A stretch of 64,000 nt of DNA from a virus (IMGVR_UViG_3300018080_000001:96001-160000); one strand, 5' to 3'; shown: positions 37,926 through 47,646, counted from the stretch's first letter. Notes: generated by a model not told the origin, from the letters alone. Numbers and translations are program-made.

Positions 37926-39506
37926 CTATGTATTTACTACAAATGAACCTGCGCTATCTGTAGCAGAAAGACCTGCTGCTGGATATGCAACAGTAGTTCC
38001 TCCTGTGACAAATCGAATATCTCCAAGAGTACCGCTTAGTGCTGATGCGTTGATTCTAATAATAGATAAAGCATCTATTTCTAGACCATACTTAGTAATA
38101 TTTGCAGTTTCTCCATCAATATTTACACAATCAAAATTAGCACGTCTAACAAAAAAAGCACTATCTACAGTATCTCTAAAGTATACATAAGTGAAATGCC
38201 CGCAACCACCAATTGAATATATTCCACTAGAGAAACATCTACCAACATATGTATTATTTATAGTCACACTGGAATTATCATATATTTCTATTCCAGAACA
38301 AGTTACTCCGTAAGTTTCCATATTTGAGTTATAGCCTGTAAATATAGTTCCTAGAACAGTAACATCAGCAAGATTACACTTACCGTAGTATATATCAAAA
38401 GCTCTCTTGTAAGATCCTGGAGCACCATCTGTATCAGTAATAATCGTACCAGGAAAATAATCCGTATTGGGTAATCTAAAATCTACATTCTTAATTTCAC
38501 TTGGAAATGATAAAGCTGCACCCCCAATAAATACATTTCCTTCAACCGTAGTCTTAGCAGCTTTTAATTTTACTCCATTAGTATGAAGGAAATTGTCATT
38601 TCCAGAGATCTTTAGTCTATTATCTGATCCTGTTACTTCAAGATAAATACCGGTTACACCGAATCTGACTCCATTTGTATACAATGTACCTATGTCAAAC
38701 CTATTCTCTACATGTAAATCTATCCCGTGATTGACAGAAATTTTTACAGGTAAATCTACAATTTCAAATGTTTCAGACGTACTTGGTATAGAAAGCGATT
38801 CTCCTATAGTAATTCTGTCTGCATCATTTGAATGAATAGCATAGCATTTACCAGAATTAGATCCAGAAGTCGCTCTAAGAAATTTTCCTACAAATTGATC
38901 TGTTGTCCATCCTGCTCCAGCTACAGTTATATCATGAGCTACAGGAACACCCGCAGCAGTAATATTAGTAGTTCCTGTAATCGTGAAAGGTCCTGCAACT
39001 GTAGTAGTATCTCCTTGTCCTTGAATTGTTAATTGACCAATTCCATGTATTTCATGAGTAATATCATAAGGAAACTCAGTATAAGTACCTTCGGTAAGTA
39101 GAACATTTATCTTATGTCCTATTTTCCTTGGTATTTTGGAAAGAGCATACGTAATAGTTTCATAAGGTTTACTGTCTGATCCGTCTCCTGCATAATTATT
39201 TCCTGTAATTTGATTAACATAAATATCCAAATCTGTATCAGTAGTATCTTTCCCAATAGATCCATCTGATACTACATCTCTATATTTTAAACTAGTTACA
39301 TCATCCGCAGATAATTGTACAGAATCCAAATAACAATAAGCTTTACTTGTAGAAACATAAGTAGATAAAATATCCAATATAGTACTATTAAATTGAATTT
39401 CGTTCAAATCTATTGTTTTTTGTTCCCCAACAGATAAAGTAAGATTAGCTTGTGGAAAAGACAATACATTTTGTGATATATTTGTTACAGTAATTATTTT
39501 AGACAT
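37926..39506 (-). CDS. Beta-helix fibre/spike protein, paralog 3
   Basis: 526 aa; C-terminus YPAAGLSATDSAGSFVVN. Confidence 0.75.
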   Translation of the reverse strand: MSKIITVTNISQNVLSFPQANLTLSVGEQKTIDLNEIQFNSTILDILSTYVSTSKAYCYLDSVQLSADDVTSLKYRDVVSDGSIGKDTTDTDLDIYVNQITGNNYAGDGSDSKPYETITYALSKIPRKIGHKINVLLTEGTYTEFPYDITHEIHGIGQLTIQGQGDTTTVAGPFTITGTTNITAAGVPVAHDITVAGAGWTTDQFVGKFLRATSGSNSGKCYAIHSNDADRITIGESLSIPSTSETFEIVDLPVKISVNHGIDLHVENRFDIGTLYTNGVRFGVTGIYLEVTGSDNRLKISGNDNFLHTNGVKLKAAKTTVEGNVFIGGAALSFPSEIKNVDFRLPNTDYFPGTIITDTDGAPGSYKRAFDIYYGKCNLADVTVLGTIFTGYNSNMETYGVTCSGIEIYDNSSVTINNTYVGRCFSSGIYSIGGCGHFTYVYFRDTVDSAFFVRRANFDCVNIDGETANITKYGLEIDALSIIRINASALSGTLGDIRFVTGGTTVAYPAAGLSATDSAGSFVVNT

Positions 39507-40146
39507 TTTTTTCCCTTTCCTTCATTATTCGATGCTGTTTCTCAACATCCCACTTAGGATATGCGAAACTTAAAACAGCATGTTCCAATTCATGAAGTAA
39601 TAAGTTAAGCGTTTTATCTATATTTCCACCCCACTCTACTTCGCACCATCTTCCTTTTTGTATTCCGTAATGTCTAAATACTTTCCCAAATCTTTCAGTT
39701 TTTATTGTACCTGGTTTTTTGAACGTAACAAAAACGTGGGGTGAAAAATATTTTGTATTAGCTCTTGGAGCAACTTTTTTAAGTTTTTCAATATTATTAT
39801 TGATATTAGTTTTTATTCCTGGTACAGGGATCATAACTTTCCACAATCTTTCTAGATCCTCTATACCTTTACTCTTTCTAAAAATTAAGATTTCGCTTTC
39901 ATTATTAATAGATATAGTATATAATATATCTTTTATTATTTTATATCTAAGTACTAATTGAGTTATGAATCCAATAGTGCAAATTGCAAAAATAGAACTA
40001 CAAGAAACTGTAGAAATAATTAACTGCGTAGCATCCAGATTTTTTCCAAAGCATAGGACTAAAACTAATATAGTTGTTACTAATAATCCTGGAATTATCC
40101 AACCAAGATATGCCCACTTCCACAAAGGAAAACAAGGATATTTCAT
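39499..40146 (-). CDS. Two-TM protein with HExxH metallopeptidase-like motif
   Basis: LLHELEHA; AGGAG RBS. Confidence 0.65.
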   Translation of the reverse strand: MKYPCFPLWKWAYLGWIIPGLLVTTILVLVLCFGKNLDATQLIISTVSCSSIFAICTIGFITQLVLRYKIIKDILYTISINNESEILIFRKSKGIEDLERLWKVMIPVPGIKTNINNNIEKLKKVAPRANTKYFSPHVFVTFKKPGTIKTERFGKVFRHYGIQKGRWCEVEWGGNIDKTLNLLLHELEHAVLSFAYPKWDVEKQHRIMKEREKNV

Positions 40147-40154
40147 TTCTTCTC

Positions 40155-41735
40155 CTACTTATTTACTACAAAAGAACCTGCACTATCTGTAACAGAAAGA
40201 CCTGCTGCGGGGTATGCAACAGTAGTTCCAGAAATATCCCAATGTATATCTCCTAAAAGACCACCTAATGTTGTATCTCTTATTTGTACACTACTTATTA
40301 CTCCTATATGCATACCATATTTCGTTATATTAGCTGCTATACCCCCAATATCTGAAAAACGACATTTGCTTCTTATAGCATAAAAAGCACTTTTAACAGC
40401 ATCTTGAATAAAAATATTTTGACAATGAAGAGAAGTACTTTTTACATAAATTACATCATCAAAACATCTTCCAAAATAACTTTCTGACAAATCTACGTTA
40501 GAATTATAACTTTCTAACCCTGAAGCTGTACAATGATATACATTTAGATATGATCCATTCAATGCACAAAAGCCTCCTATAACTGAAACATAATCTATCT
40601 CACAAGAACCTCGTGAAACTTCAAATGATCGTTTCCATGAACCAGGGGCCAAATCTGTTTCGGTGAAAATGGTACTTGTTATATAATTTACATATATCAT
40701 ATTAGTTACTCTCATATCTGTATTTTTTATTTCATTTGGATATATTAAATTTCCTATATTTATTGTAGCTGTCCCTTCAACTGCATTCCAAACAGAATTA
40801 AATTTTACAGCGTTAAAATAGGAATTATTTTGATTTCCTGAAAATTTAAAACCATAGTAAGTAGATCCATCAATTTTAAAATAAATCCCAGTGACTCCAA
40901 AGCTTAAACCGTAAAAGGAAGGAAAACTTTCATCTCCTCTCGTTTCTACGTGGAAATCAACTCCATGATTTAATTCTAGTTTAACAGGAAGATCAACTAT
41001 TTCAAATGTATCTGTAGGCGCAAGAGGCATAGAAGTTAATCCAAGAGTTATTTTATCTGCATCATTAGATTGAATTGAATAATAACGACCAGAATTAGCT
41101 CCAGAAGTTGGTCTTAAGAAATAACCAACAAATTGATCTGTTGTCCAACTAGCTCCCGCTACATTAATATTATGAGCTACTGTAGTACCATCAGCTACAA
41201 TATTTGTCCAAGAAGTTGTTGTATAAGGGCCATATATAACCGTAGGGTCGCCTTGTCCTTGAATAGTTAACTGACCTCCTTTATGAATCTCATGAGTAAG
41301 ATCATAAGGAAATTCAGAATATGTTCCTGCTGCGATTAAAACATTTACTTTATGCTCTATCTTTTTAGGAACTCTTGAAAAAGCATAAGTTATTGTTGCA
41401 TATGGACTATCTGCCGATCCATCTCCTGAATAATTATCTCCAGTAGTAGGATTAACATAAATATCCAAATCTTCTATTGTAGTATCTTTTCCAATAGATC
41501 CGTCTGATACTACATCCCTGTATTTCAAACTCTCCACATCATCTGCGGATAATTGCTGAGAATCCAAATAACAAGATGCTTTTCCTTCTTCAACATAATT
41601 GGATATTACAGTTAATAAAATTTCTTCAAACTGTATTTCATTTAATTCTAGACTATAGGAATCACGATGGGATATATTAAATCCAGGAAAAGAAAGAATT
41701 GAATTTGTATTGTTTGTTATTATAATACTCTTCAT
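40155..41735 (-). CDS. Beta-helix fibre/spike protein, paralog 4
   Basis: 526 aa; closest to paralog 3. Confidence 0.75.
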   Translation of the reverse strand: MKSIIITNNTNSILSFPGFNISHRDSYSLELNEIQFEEILLTVISNYVEEGKASCYLDSQQLSADDVESLKYRDVVSDGSIGKDTTIEDLDIYVNPTTGDNYSGDGSADSPYATITYAFSRVPKKIEHKVNVLIAAGTYSEFPYDLTHEIHKGGQLTIQGQGDPTVIYGPYTTTSWTNIVADGTTVAHNINVAGASWTTDQFVGYFLRPTSGANSGRYYSIQSNDADKITLGLTSMPLAPTDTFEIVDLPVKLELNHGVDFHVETRGDESFPSFYGLSFGVTGIYFKIDGSTYYGFKFSGNQNNSYFNAVKFNSVWNAVEGTATINIGNLIYPNEIKNTDMRVTNMIYVNYITSTIFTETDLAPGSWKRSFEVSRGSCEIDYVSVIGGFCALNGSYLNVYHCTASGLESYNSNVDLSESYFGRCFDDVIYVKSTSLHCQNIFIQDAVKSAFYAIRSKCRFSDIGGIAANITKYGMHIGVISSVQIRDTTLGGLLGDIHWDISGTTVAYPAAGLSVTDSAGSFVVNK

Positions 41736-41941
41736 TATTTATAACTCCTTATTTTTTTCTATTTAATTAATCTAATTCTAATTTATCTATGCGCTCTTCC
41801 ATTTCTTTTAACGTCTTCTTATCTATTTTTTCGTCTAAAGCCAAACCATAAAAATGTAATCCGTATTTCTGTATAAGAATTTTTTCATTTACTTTCAAAA
41901 ATTCTTTCATTTTTTTTGAAATAGCCATAAAAATCTCCTTT

Positions 41942-43501
41942 TTAGTATCCGACTATTTGAGAACCGAGTGTATCGTTTACTTCGGCGTTGGCCGCTGGAT
42001 ACGCTGTGTCTATTGCGCCACCGCTTAGCCATTTTATCGCCGTTGCCGCACCTCCAGCACCCACAAGAGTGCATGAGGAATTCTCGATAACCGCCCTGCT
42101 TCCCTGGCCCATCGCAATTGCATTCGTCACGTTAGCCGCAGTACCTTCCAGACCTTTAATCGTGACGCCACAAACACCAGGCCACAATTTAACACCGTAC
42201 TGTGCACTTTCTACAAACACAGCATCAACATTGGCGGAACCTACCATCGGCAATCTAACCGCTTGATTGTTGGTTTTTGCCTCAATATAAATTCCCGCTA
42301 CTCGTACACAACCAACAGACGCGTACGCATCAACACCATAGCCATTAGTCGCGTTAGCAATTGCACAATAACCAACCAGGCAATTCGAATACGCAACATC
42401 AATACCTTTGTCGAACACAAAAAGTCTTGTAATGTCGCTGCTTCCGTAAACTGTTAGATAATCAGTGCCCGTCCCCTTTTTCATAATACAATTAGTATTA
42501 TAGTTACTAACAAGACCTGAATCATCTACAACATCCGTCGGTGAAGGATAATAGTACAACCCCATATCTGTAGTAGTGTCATGAAATTGTACAGTACCTG
42601 AAATAATAGATCCTGTCATATTAATACAACAATCCTGCACAACCAAGCGTTTACTAGAAAAATCTATATCCAGCCCGAACAATCCGTGGTTAGCAAAATA
42701 AGTATTGCCTCCACCGCCAATTAAATTTTTAAATTGATCGGAAACAATGGTCACACCAGGCTCTACAACCTTAAAAGTTTCTCCCGCAGAAAGAGCGATA
42801 TACGTATACTCAATTCTTAAAGAGGTAGTTGTATTCGAAACAATCGCGGCGACTTCACCTACTCTTGCACCACTCGTAAATTTAACATATTTTCCACGAT
42901 AGGCATTAGAAGTCAAACCACCACCAACAACAGGAATATCAGCCACGTTATTAGTCTGTATTACTGTTGGTCCTGCTACATCAATTGTCATTTCAGTGGA
43001 TGCATCGACTAAAGCGAGCGAACCATCAAAAGAGAGGAACCCAGCATCAATAAAAGAATGATCTATATTGGATGGCCATGCACTGTAAGTACCAGCGGCA
43101 ATATGAATATGTACAACGTGTTTAATTTTAGTAGGAACATCCGCATATGCTCTGGTAATCGTACTATAAGGAGAACTGGAACTACCATCGCCTAAAACAT
43201 CAGCTCCCGTAGTAGCGTTAACATATATATCCATATCCGCAACAGTTTCATCTTTACCAATAGATCCGTCATTATATACATCTCTGTATTTTAACGTTAA
43301 TATTTCACTGGGAGAAAGCTCTACAGAATCTAAGTAACAAGATAGTTTAACATCAGTAACATAACCATAAATTATATTTAATAATTCCTCATCAAATTGA
43401 ATTTCATTTAATTCTATATTGTAAGAACTATATTTTTCTATATAAAAATTAGGAAAGGATAATGTATTGCTAGATTTGTTTGTTAATGTTACAGTTTTCA
43501 T
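41942..43501 (-). CDS. Beta-helix fibre/spike protein, paralog 5
   Basis: 519 aa; first 29 aa identical to paralog 2. Confidence 0.75.
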   Translation of the reverse strand: MKTVTLTNKSSNTLSFPNFYIEKYSSYNIELNEIQFDEELLNIIYGYVTDVKLSCYLDSVELSPSEILTLKYRDVYNDGSIGKDETVADMDIYVNATTGADVLGDGSSSSPYSTITRAYADVPTKIKHVVHIHIAAGTYSAWPSNIDHSFIDAGFLSFDGSLALVDASTEMTIDVAGPTVIQTNNVADIPVVGGGLTSNAYRGKYVKFTSGARVGEVAAIVSNTTTSLRIEYTYIALSAGETFKVVEPGVTIVSDQFKNLIGGGGNTYFANHGLFGLDIDFSSKRLVVQDCCINMTGSIISGTVQFHDTTTDMGLYYYPSPTDVVDDSGLVSNYNTNCIMKKGTGTDYLTVYGSSDITRLFVFDKGIDVAYSNCLVGYCAIANATNGYGVDAYASVGCVRVAGIYIEAKTNNQAVRLPMVGSANVDAVFVESAQYGVKLWPGVCGVTIKGLEGTAANVTNAIAMGQGSRAVIENSSCTLVGAGGAATAIKWLSGGAIDTAYPAANAEVNDTLGSQIVGY

Positions 43502-43584
43502 ATAGTATACCCCTTTCTTTTTCCCTTTTTAAGGGAAAGTCTCTAAAAGAGTATACTATTATATTCTGTATAGATATTTTTAAA

Positions 43585-43833
43585 TTATTTTTTTATATGT
43601 TTAGTTTTATATTTATTATTATATTTTTTTAAGGCTTTAAACATTTTTTCATTGCCCGGGGATTCTTTATACAAGTCTCCGCATCTTTTATGTAGAAAAA
43701 TTGTATAGGGCTTATCCCCAGTTTCCGCGCATCCATAGAGTCTCCAGCAAATAGATTTTGGATCTATCGTAAACATACAAGAAGAGCACTTTTTTGGTGT
43801 GCGAGCTTTAATAATTTTAGCAGATATTAACAA
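43585..43833 (-). CDS. Small zinc-binding protein
   Basis: CSSC...HKRC. Confidence 0.6.
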   Translation of the reverse strand: MLISAKIIKARTPKKCSSCMFTIDPKSICWRLYGCAETGDKPYTIFLHKRCGDLYKESPGNEKMFKALKKYNNKYKTKHIKK

Positions 43834-43835
43834 AA

Positions 43836-44096
43836 TTAATCCAAAATAAACTTTAGCATAGTTAACGAAGATATATCATTTTCCGATATTAGAGATTCCT
43901 CTACGATAATTCTACAATCCCTAAGCTCCTGTACGGCCCCACAAGCTGTTTTCATTACTTCAGGTACTCTGTCCTCAACATAAGCTTCCATCAGCTCTGG
44001 CGTGTCGCACACTCGTTGACAAGCATTAACAGTATCAAAGTAACCTTGAGCAAACATAGCAGCCCAAACCATTTTTTCTCCATCAGTCATTTTCAT
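43836..44096 (-). CDS. Hypothetical protein
   Basis: 86 aa ORF. Confidence 0.6.
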   Translation of the reverse strand: MKMTDGEKMVWAAMFAQGYFDTVNACQRVCDTPELMEAYVEDRVPEVMKTACGAVQELRDCRIIVEESLISENDISSLTMLKFILD

Positions 44097-44097
44097 T

Positions 44098-44348
44098 TTA
44101 TACCTCGTTTAATTCTTTTTTCGATATTAAAGATTTAACAACAAGATCTTCTATACTTCCGTCTTCTACGAAGAGAACTCCGTATATATAGTTTTTTGAA
44201 TTATTTATATTTATATGATATAAATCTACCAATTCCTTTTTTAAAATCTCTTTAGTGCCATAAGACGCTAATATAATTATATTAGTACTACTTATATTTT
44301 GCTGCTGAATTTCTTCTATAGCTTCTCTAATTTTTTTATAAATCATTT
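44098..44348 (-). CDS. Hypothetical protein
   Basis: ORF track 44098-44367; likely internal ATG (MIYKK). Confidence 0.5.
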
Positions 44349-44590
44349 TCTGTTTTAGCGCAGTCAAAAGTTCTTTCTACATTTTCCTTAACCCAGAATA
44401 GAGCATCACAATGCTCACAATAAACTTCTTGTGGTCCGTCTTCTCCCCAATAAGTTACCAAGTTATTTAATTCAAAATCAGAATAATGATTATGCGGATC
44501 ATAATTTAATTTATTGCAATGTGGACAGCGAATACTTTGGTCTTCCCTGCGTTTTTTTCCTATATCATCCAAATATTTGTCAATATCCAT
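44336..44590 (-). CDS. Zinc-ribbon protein
   Basis: CPHC...CEHC; likely start MDIDKY with GGAG RBS. Confidence 0.6.
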   Translation of the reverse strand: MDIDKYLDDIGKKRREDQSIRCPHCNKLNYDPHNHYSDFELNNLVTYWGEDGPQEVYCEHCDALFWVKENVERTFDCAKTENDL

Positions 44591-44591
44591 A

Positions 44592-44969
44592 TTATTCTCC
44601 AAACAATCTGTAGTACTCTTTTTTATATGTTCCATATACCAAATCATATATAGAATCTTCAACATCTTCAGCTTCATCCCATCTAGCATATAGAGATTCG
44701 GTTAAATCACATTGTTTATCTAATATAGTAATAGGACAAAATGTACCTAGTCTATTACAACTAGGGGAGTACAAACCACATAAACCGCAACTACTCCCAA
44801 ATCCACGTTTAGTATCTCTTAACACATGCCATTTTGCTGCGGACAACAACGAAGCTATTAATAACTTATAAGTATCTGGTACTTTGTCTAAAAAATCTTG
44901 GACTTGACCAAGATTTTTTAAATTTTCAGCAATAGCAATCCAAGCTCTCCAACTATTCGTATTCTTCAT
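44592..44969 (-). CDS. Cys-rich hypothetical protein
   Basis: CGLCGLY...C...CP...C. Confidence 0.6.
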   Translation of the reverse strand: MKNTNSWRAWIAIAENLKNLGQVQDFLDKVPDTYKLLIASLLSAAKWHVLRDTKRGFGSSCGLCGLYSPSCNRLGTFCPITILDKQCDLTESLYARWDEAEDVEDSIYDLVYGTYKKEYYRLFGE

Positions 44970-44977
44970 CTCTCCCT

Positions 44978-45196
44978 CTATATATCAGTTTTTAATTCTT
45001 CTATTTCTAGCACATCCGATAAATCAGAAAAATTTTCTATATCAGGATCATAAATACAAAGAAAACCACCTATATAACAACACAGCATTTCTATTTCTTC
45101 AGATAAATTACTATTTCCGGCATTATACTTTTGAATCAGAGAATTTAATTCTCTGACCATACCTCTGCGCATATTATCAAAATTAATTTTCATCAT
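44978..45196 (-). CDS. Hypothetical protein
   Basis: 72 aa, GAGGA RBS. Confidence 0.6.
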   Translation of the reverse strand: MMKINFDNMRRGMVRELNSLIQKYNAGNSNLSEEIEMLCCYIGGFLCIYDPDIENFSDLSDVLEIEELKTDI

Positions 45197-45226
45197 ATCC
45201 TCACCCTATACGTGTTAAATAAAATA

Positions 45227-45417
45227 TGGTGCTGGCTGGTCCTGCTCCAGCTAAATAAAATGTGTCCTCCTAGTGCGGTGTTCTCCTACCACCACACAGG
45301 GCCAAGAGACGGGCCGCTGAGGAGAAGTCAAGCGGCGTTTGAGGTCTAGTAAACCTCACGATCTCAGACCGTTTCTAGGACGCTTAGCAGTGTATCTAAG
45401 CTCCACATCGCAGCACC
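45227..45417 (-). ncRNA. Unknown structured RNA with tRNA-like termini (about 190 nt)
   Basis: GGTGCTG/CAGCACC-A closing stem, GCTGG-N7-CCAGC T-arm-like hairpin, several internal helices with G-U pairs on the minus strand; starts 2 nt after tRNA-Leu. Confidence 0.7.
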
Positions 45418-45419
45418 CG

Positions 45420-45502
45420 TGCGAGAAGTGGGATTCGAACCCACAAGGGATTTCTCCCGTTGGATTTTAAGTCCAATCCGTAGACCGTTCCGGCATTCTC
45501 GC
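45420..45502 (-). tRNA. tRNA-Leu(TAA)
   Basis: GCGAGAA/TTCTCGC acceptor, TTGGA-CTTAAAA-TCCAA anticodon arm, long variable arm, GTGGG-TTCGAAT-CCCAC T-arm, A73; CCA not encoded. Confidence 0.93.
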
Positions 45503-45516
45503 CTTATTGCACAAAT

Positions 45517-46212
45517 TTATTTTAAAATACTTTTCCATCCAACAATTGGCATTCTTTTATCAATAGAAACTTTATTATTATAAAATAAAAAAATTTTACC
45601 AATTTTATTTGGTAAACCTCGCAAATCATTTATTTTATTATTATGGCAGTATAAACTTCCATGAATTTCTTCGTCAAAAAAATTAAGTTTCTCTATTTTA
45701 TTATTATTACAATATATACTCCATCCGATATATGTAGGTCTTCCATTAAGTGACGTCAAATTATTATAAGAACAATCCAAACATCCCGACAAATATGAAG
45801 TAATGCCTTTTAATGACTCTAAATTGTTATTAGAACAGAAAAAACTAACTCCAACACGTTTCGGACTATTTTTTAAAGAAACCAAATTATTGTTAGAACA
45901 ATTAAAACTAGTACCTACTGTTTCTGGTGAATATCGTAATGATTGGATGTTATTAAAATTACATTTAAAACTACCGCCCACGTATATAGGAGATCCATAC
46001 AAACTGATTAATTTGTTCCGAGAACAATCAAAATCACCTTCTACGCGATAAAATAGAGGAAGATTTGAAAAATTAAAGTTTTTTAAATTAACAGAACCTT
46101 TAATTATCCAACCTTTTTCCGACCAAATTACTTCATTATTTTTAAGCAAACCCTCAAAAAACTTTATTACTTTTTCCTCATTAGGAGATTTCCCGTATTT
46201 ATTTAAATTCAT
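45517..46212 (-). CDS. Leucine-rich repeat-like protein
   Basis: 22-aa repeats V.GSF.CS.NNL.SL.G.P. Confidence 0.8.
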   Translation of the reverse strand: MNLNKYGKSPNEEKVIKFFEGLLKNNEVIWSEKGWIIKGSVNLKNFNFSNLPLFYRVEGDFDCSRNKLISLYGSPIYVGGSFKCNFNNIQSLRYSPETVGTSFNCSNNNLVSLKNSPKRVGVSFFCSNNNLESLKGITSYLSGCLDCSYNNLTSLNGRPTYIGWSIYCNNNKIEKLNFFDEEIHGSLYCHNNKINDLRGLPNKIGKIFLFYNNKVSIDKRMPIVGWKSILK

Positions 46213-46244
46213 CGTATAACCCTTTTTTACAATATCTAAATTTC

Positions 46245-46817
46245 TTATTTTATCTCAATATAAAAAGCTACAATATCATCCGGCAATTTTCTCAGATCAA
46301 TACCGTAGGCTCCTGACTCATATTTTACAAGGCATTCATTCGAAATTAGCACTTCTTGCTTTACTTCCGGTATTGATTCAGGGTCTCTACCCACAAAAAA
46401 CTCTTTCACTGCCCAAGGAACATCTACATCCGCTTCCTTACAAGCCTTGTGCACAGCTCGCATTTTTTCCCATTCTTCGTCTGTTTTTCTGTAAGCAACT
46501 ATAGAAATATTACTTTTCTTCTTTTCTTTATCAATTTCACGAAGTTCAGATTTCATCGCAACACGCAACTGAAGATCCGTAGACATATCAATCTTAACAT
46601 TTTTGTAGTATCTATTGACCATGTGTATGAACTTATCCGTTTTCATTACCTTTCTAGTATCATCTTTGTATTTAATTATTACATGGTCTTTATTAGATTT
46701 GTTAGAATAAGGACCCCATACTTTATGAATAGGTCTTAGATTTACAGTTTTCTTTGCAAATTTCTTCTTTGACACTTTCTTTTTCATGATTTTCTTTTTC
46801 ATTATTTTCTTTTTCAT
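46245..46817 (-). CDS. Basic hypothetical protein
   Basis: 190 aa, Lys-rich N-terminus, AAGGAG RBS. Confidence 0.65.
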   Translation of the reverse strand: MKKKIMKKKIMKKKVSKKKFAKKTVNLRPIHKVWGPYSNKSNKDHVIIKYKDDTRKVMKTDKFIHMVNRYYKNVKIDMSTDLQLRVAMKSELREIDKEKKKSNISIVAYRKTDEEWEKMRAVHKACKEADVDVPWAVKEFFVGRDPESIPEVKQEVLISNECLVKYESGAYGIDLRKLPDDIVAFYIEIK

Positions 46818-46854
46818 TACTAAATTCTCCTTTTAAATTTATATACAAATTACT

Positions 46855-47301
46855 TTAAGAAAAAATACTATCTAAACGTATTTCAAAATTTATAGGTTTA
46901 ATTTTATTTCCAATTAATGTTACTACGTTTGGAGGAAGATAAATTTCCAAATTAGAAGAAAAAGTATCCTTTTCTCCATAAAAATCACTACAATGTTTAA
47001 TAGCTTTAAAAGTATCCCATATTTCGCGGTGTTTATTTTCTGGATCTGCATAATATACGGATAGCAAATATTCATAGGGTTCAAAATACAAATCCAAAAT
47101 TAAATTATTTAATTCAACGGACAAAGATTCAAAATCAGAATATGGTGCAGAAATATTAAAATTAATACAATCTTCTGACATTTCTACAAAAACTTCTTCA
47201 AAAGAAAACTTTCGTTTAACGGCCGTACAAACTAATTCATCAAATTTATATGGCCATTTAAAACCGTTTATTCCAGTAAACCCTATAATATTCTTTGTCA
47301 T
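46855..47301 (-). CDS. Hypothetical protein
   Basis: 148 aa ORF. Confidence 0.6.
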   Translation of the reverse strand: MTKNIIGFTGINGFKWPYKFDELVCTAVKRKFSFEEVFVEMSEDCINFNISAPYSDFESLSVELNNLILDLYFEPYEYLLSVYYADPENKHREIWDTFKAIKHCSDFYGEKDTFSSNLEIYLPPNVVTLIGNKIKPINFEIRLDSIFS

Positions 47302-47633
47302 ATATTATTTCCTTTCACTTCTTTCGGAGATCCTCCGAGAGAATCTAACTGGTTATAAGAACAATCAAAATAAGAATTTATATTTTCTGGCGCTCCTTCA
47401 AGAAATACAAGTTGATTATGATCACATCTATAACTTCCGCCTACTTTTTTTGGACCATTTTCTAACAATTACAATTTGTTTATATGACAATAAAAATTAC
47501 CCCCAACTTCTTTAAGTTTAGGAAGATCTGTTAAACCCATATCTATCAAATATAAATTTTCCTTAATCACCCAACCTTCTTTTGTCCAAATAGCATTTGC
47601 TTTCTCTAATGCTTTTTCAATATTTTTATTCAT
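47298..47633 (-). pseudogene. LRR-like paralog interrupted by an in-frame TAA
   Basis: MNKNIEK...WTKEGWVIK...VGGNFYCHINKL*LLENGPKKVGGSYRCDHNQL...; TAA at 47469-47471. Confidence 0.75.
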
Positions 47634-47646
47634 TTTAAAAATCCTT

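Noticed and set aside
45227-45417. tmRNA or intron-containing tRNA
   Set aside because: No G3-U70 pair, no TTCRA T-loop, too short for tmRNA, and no reconstructable D and anticodon arms.
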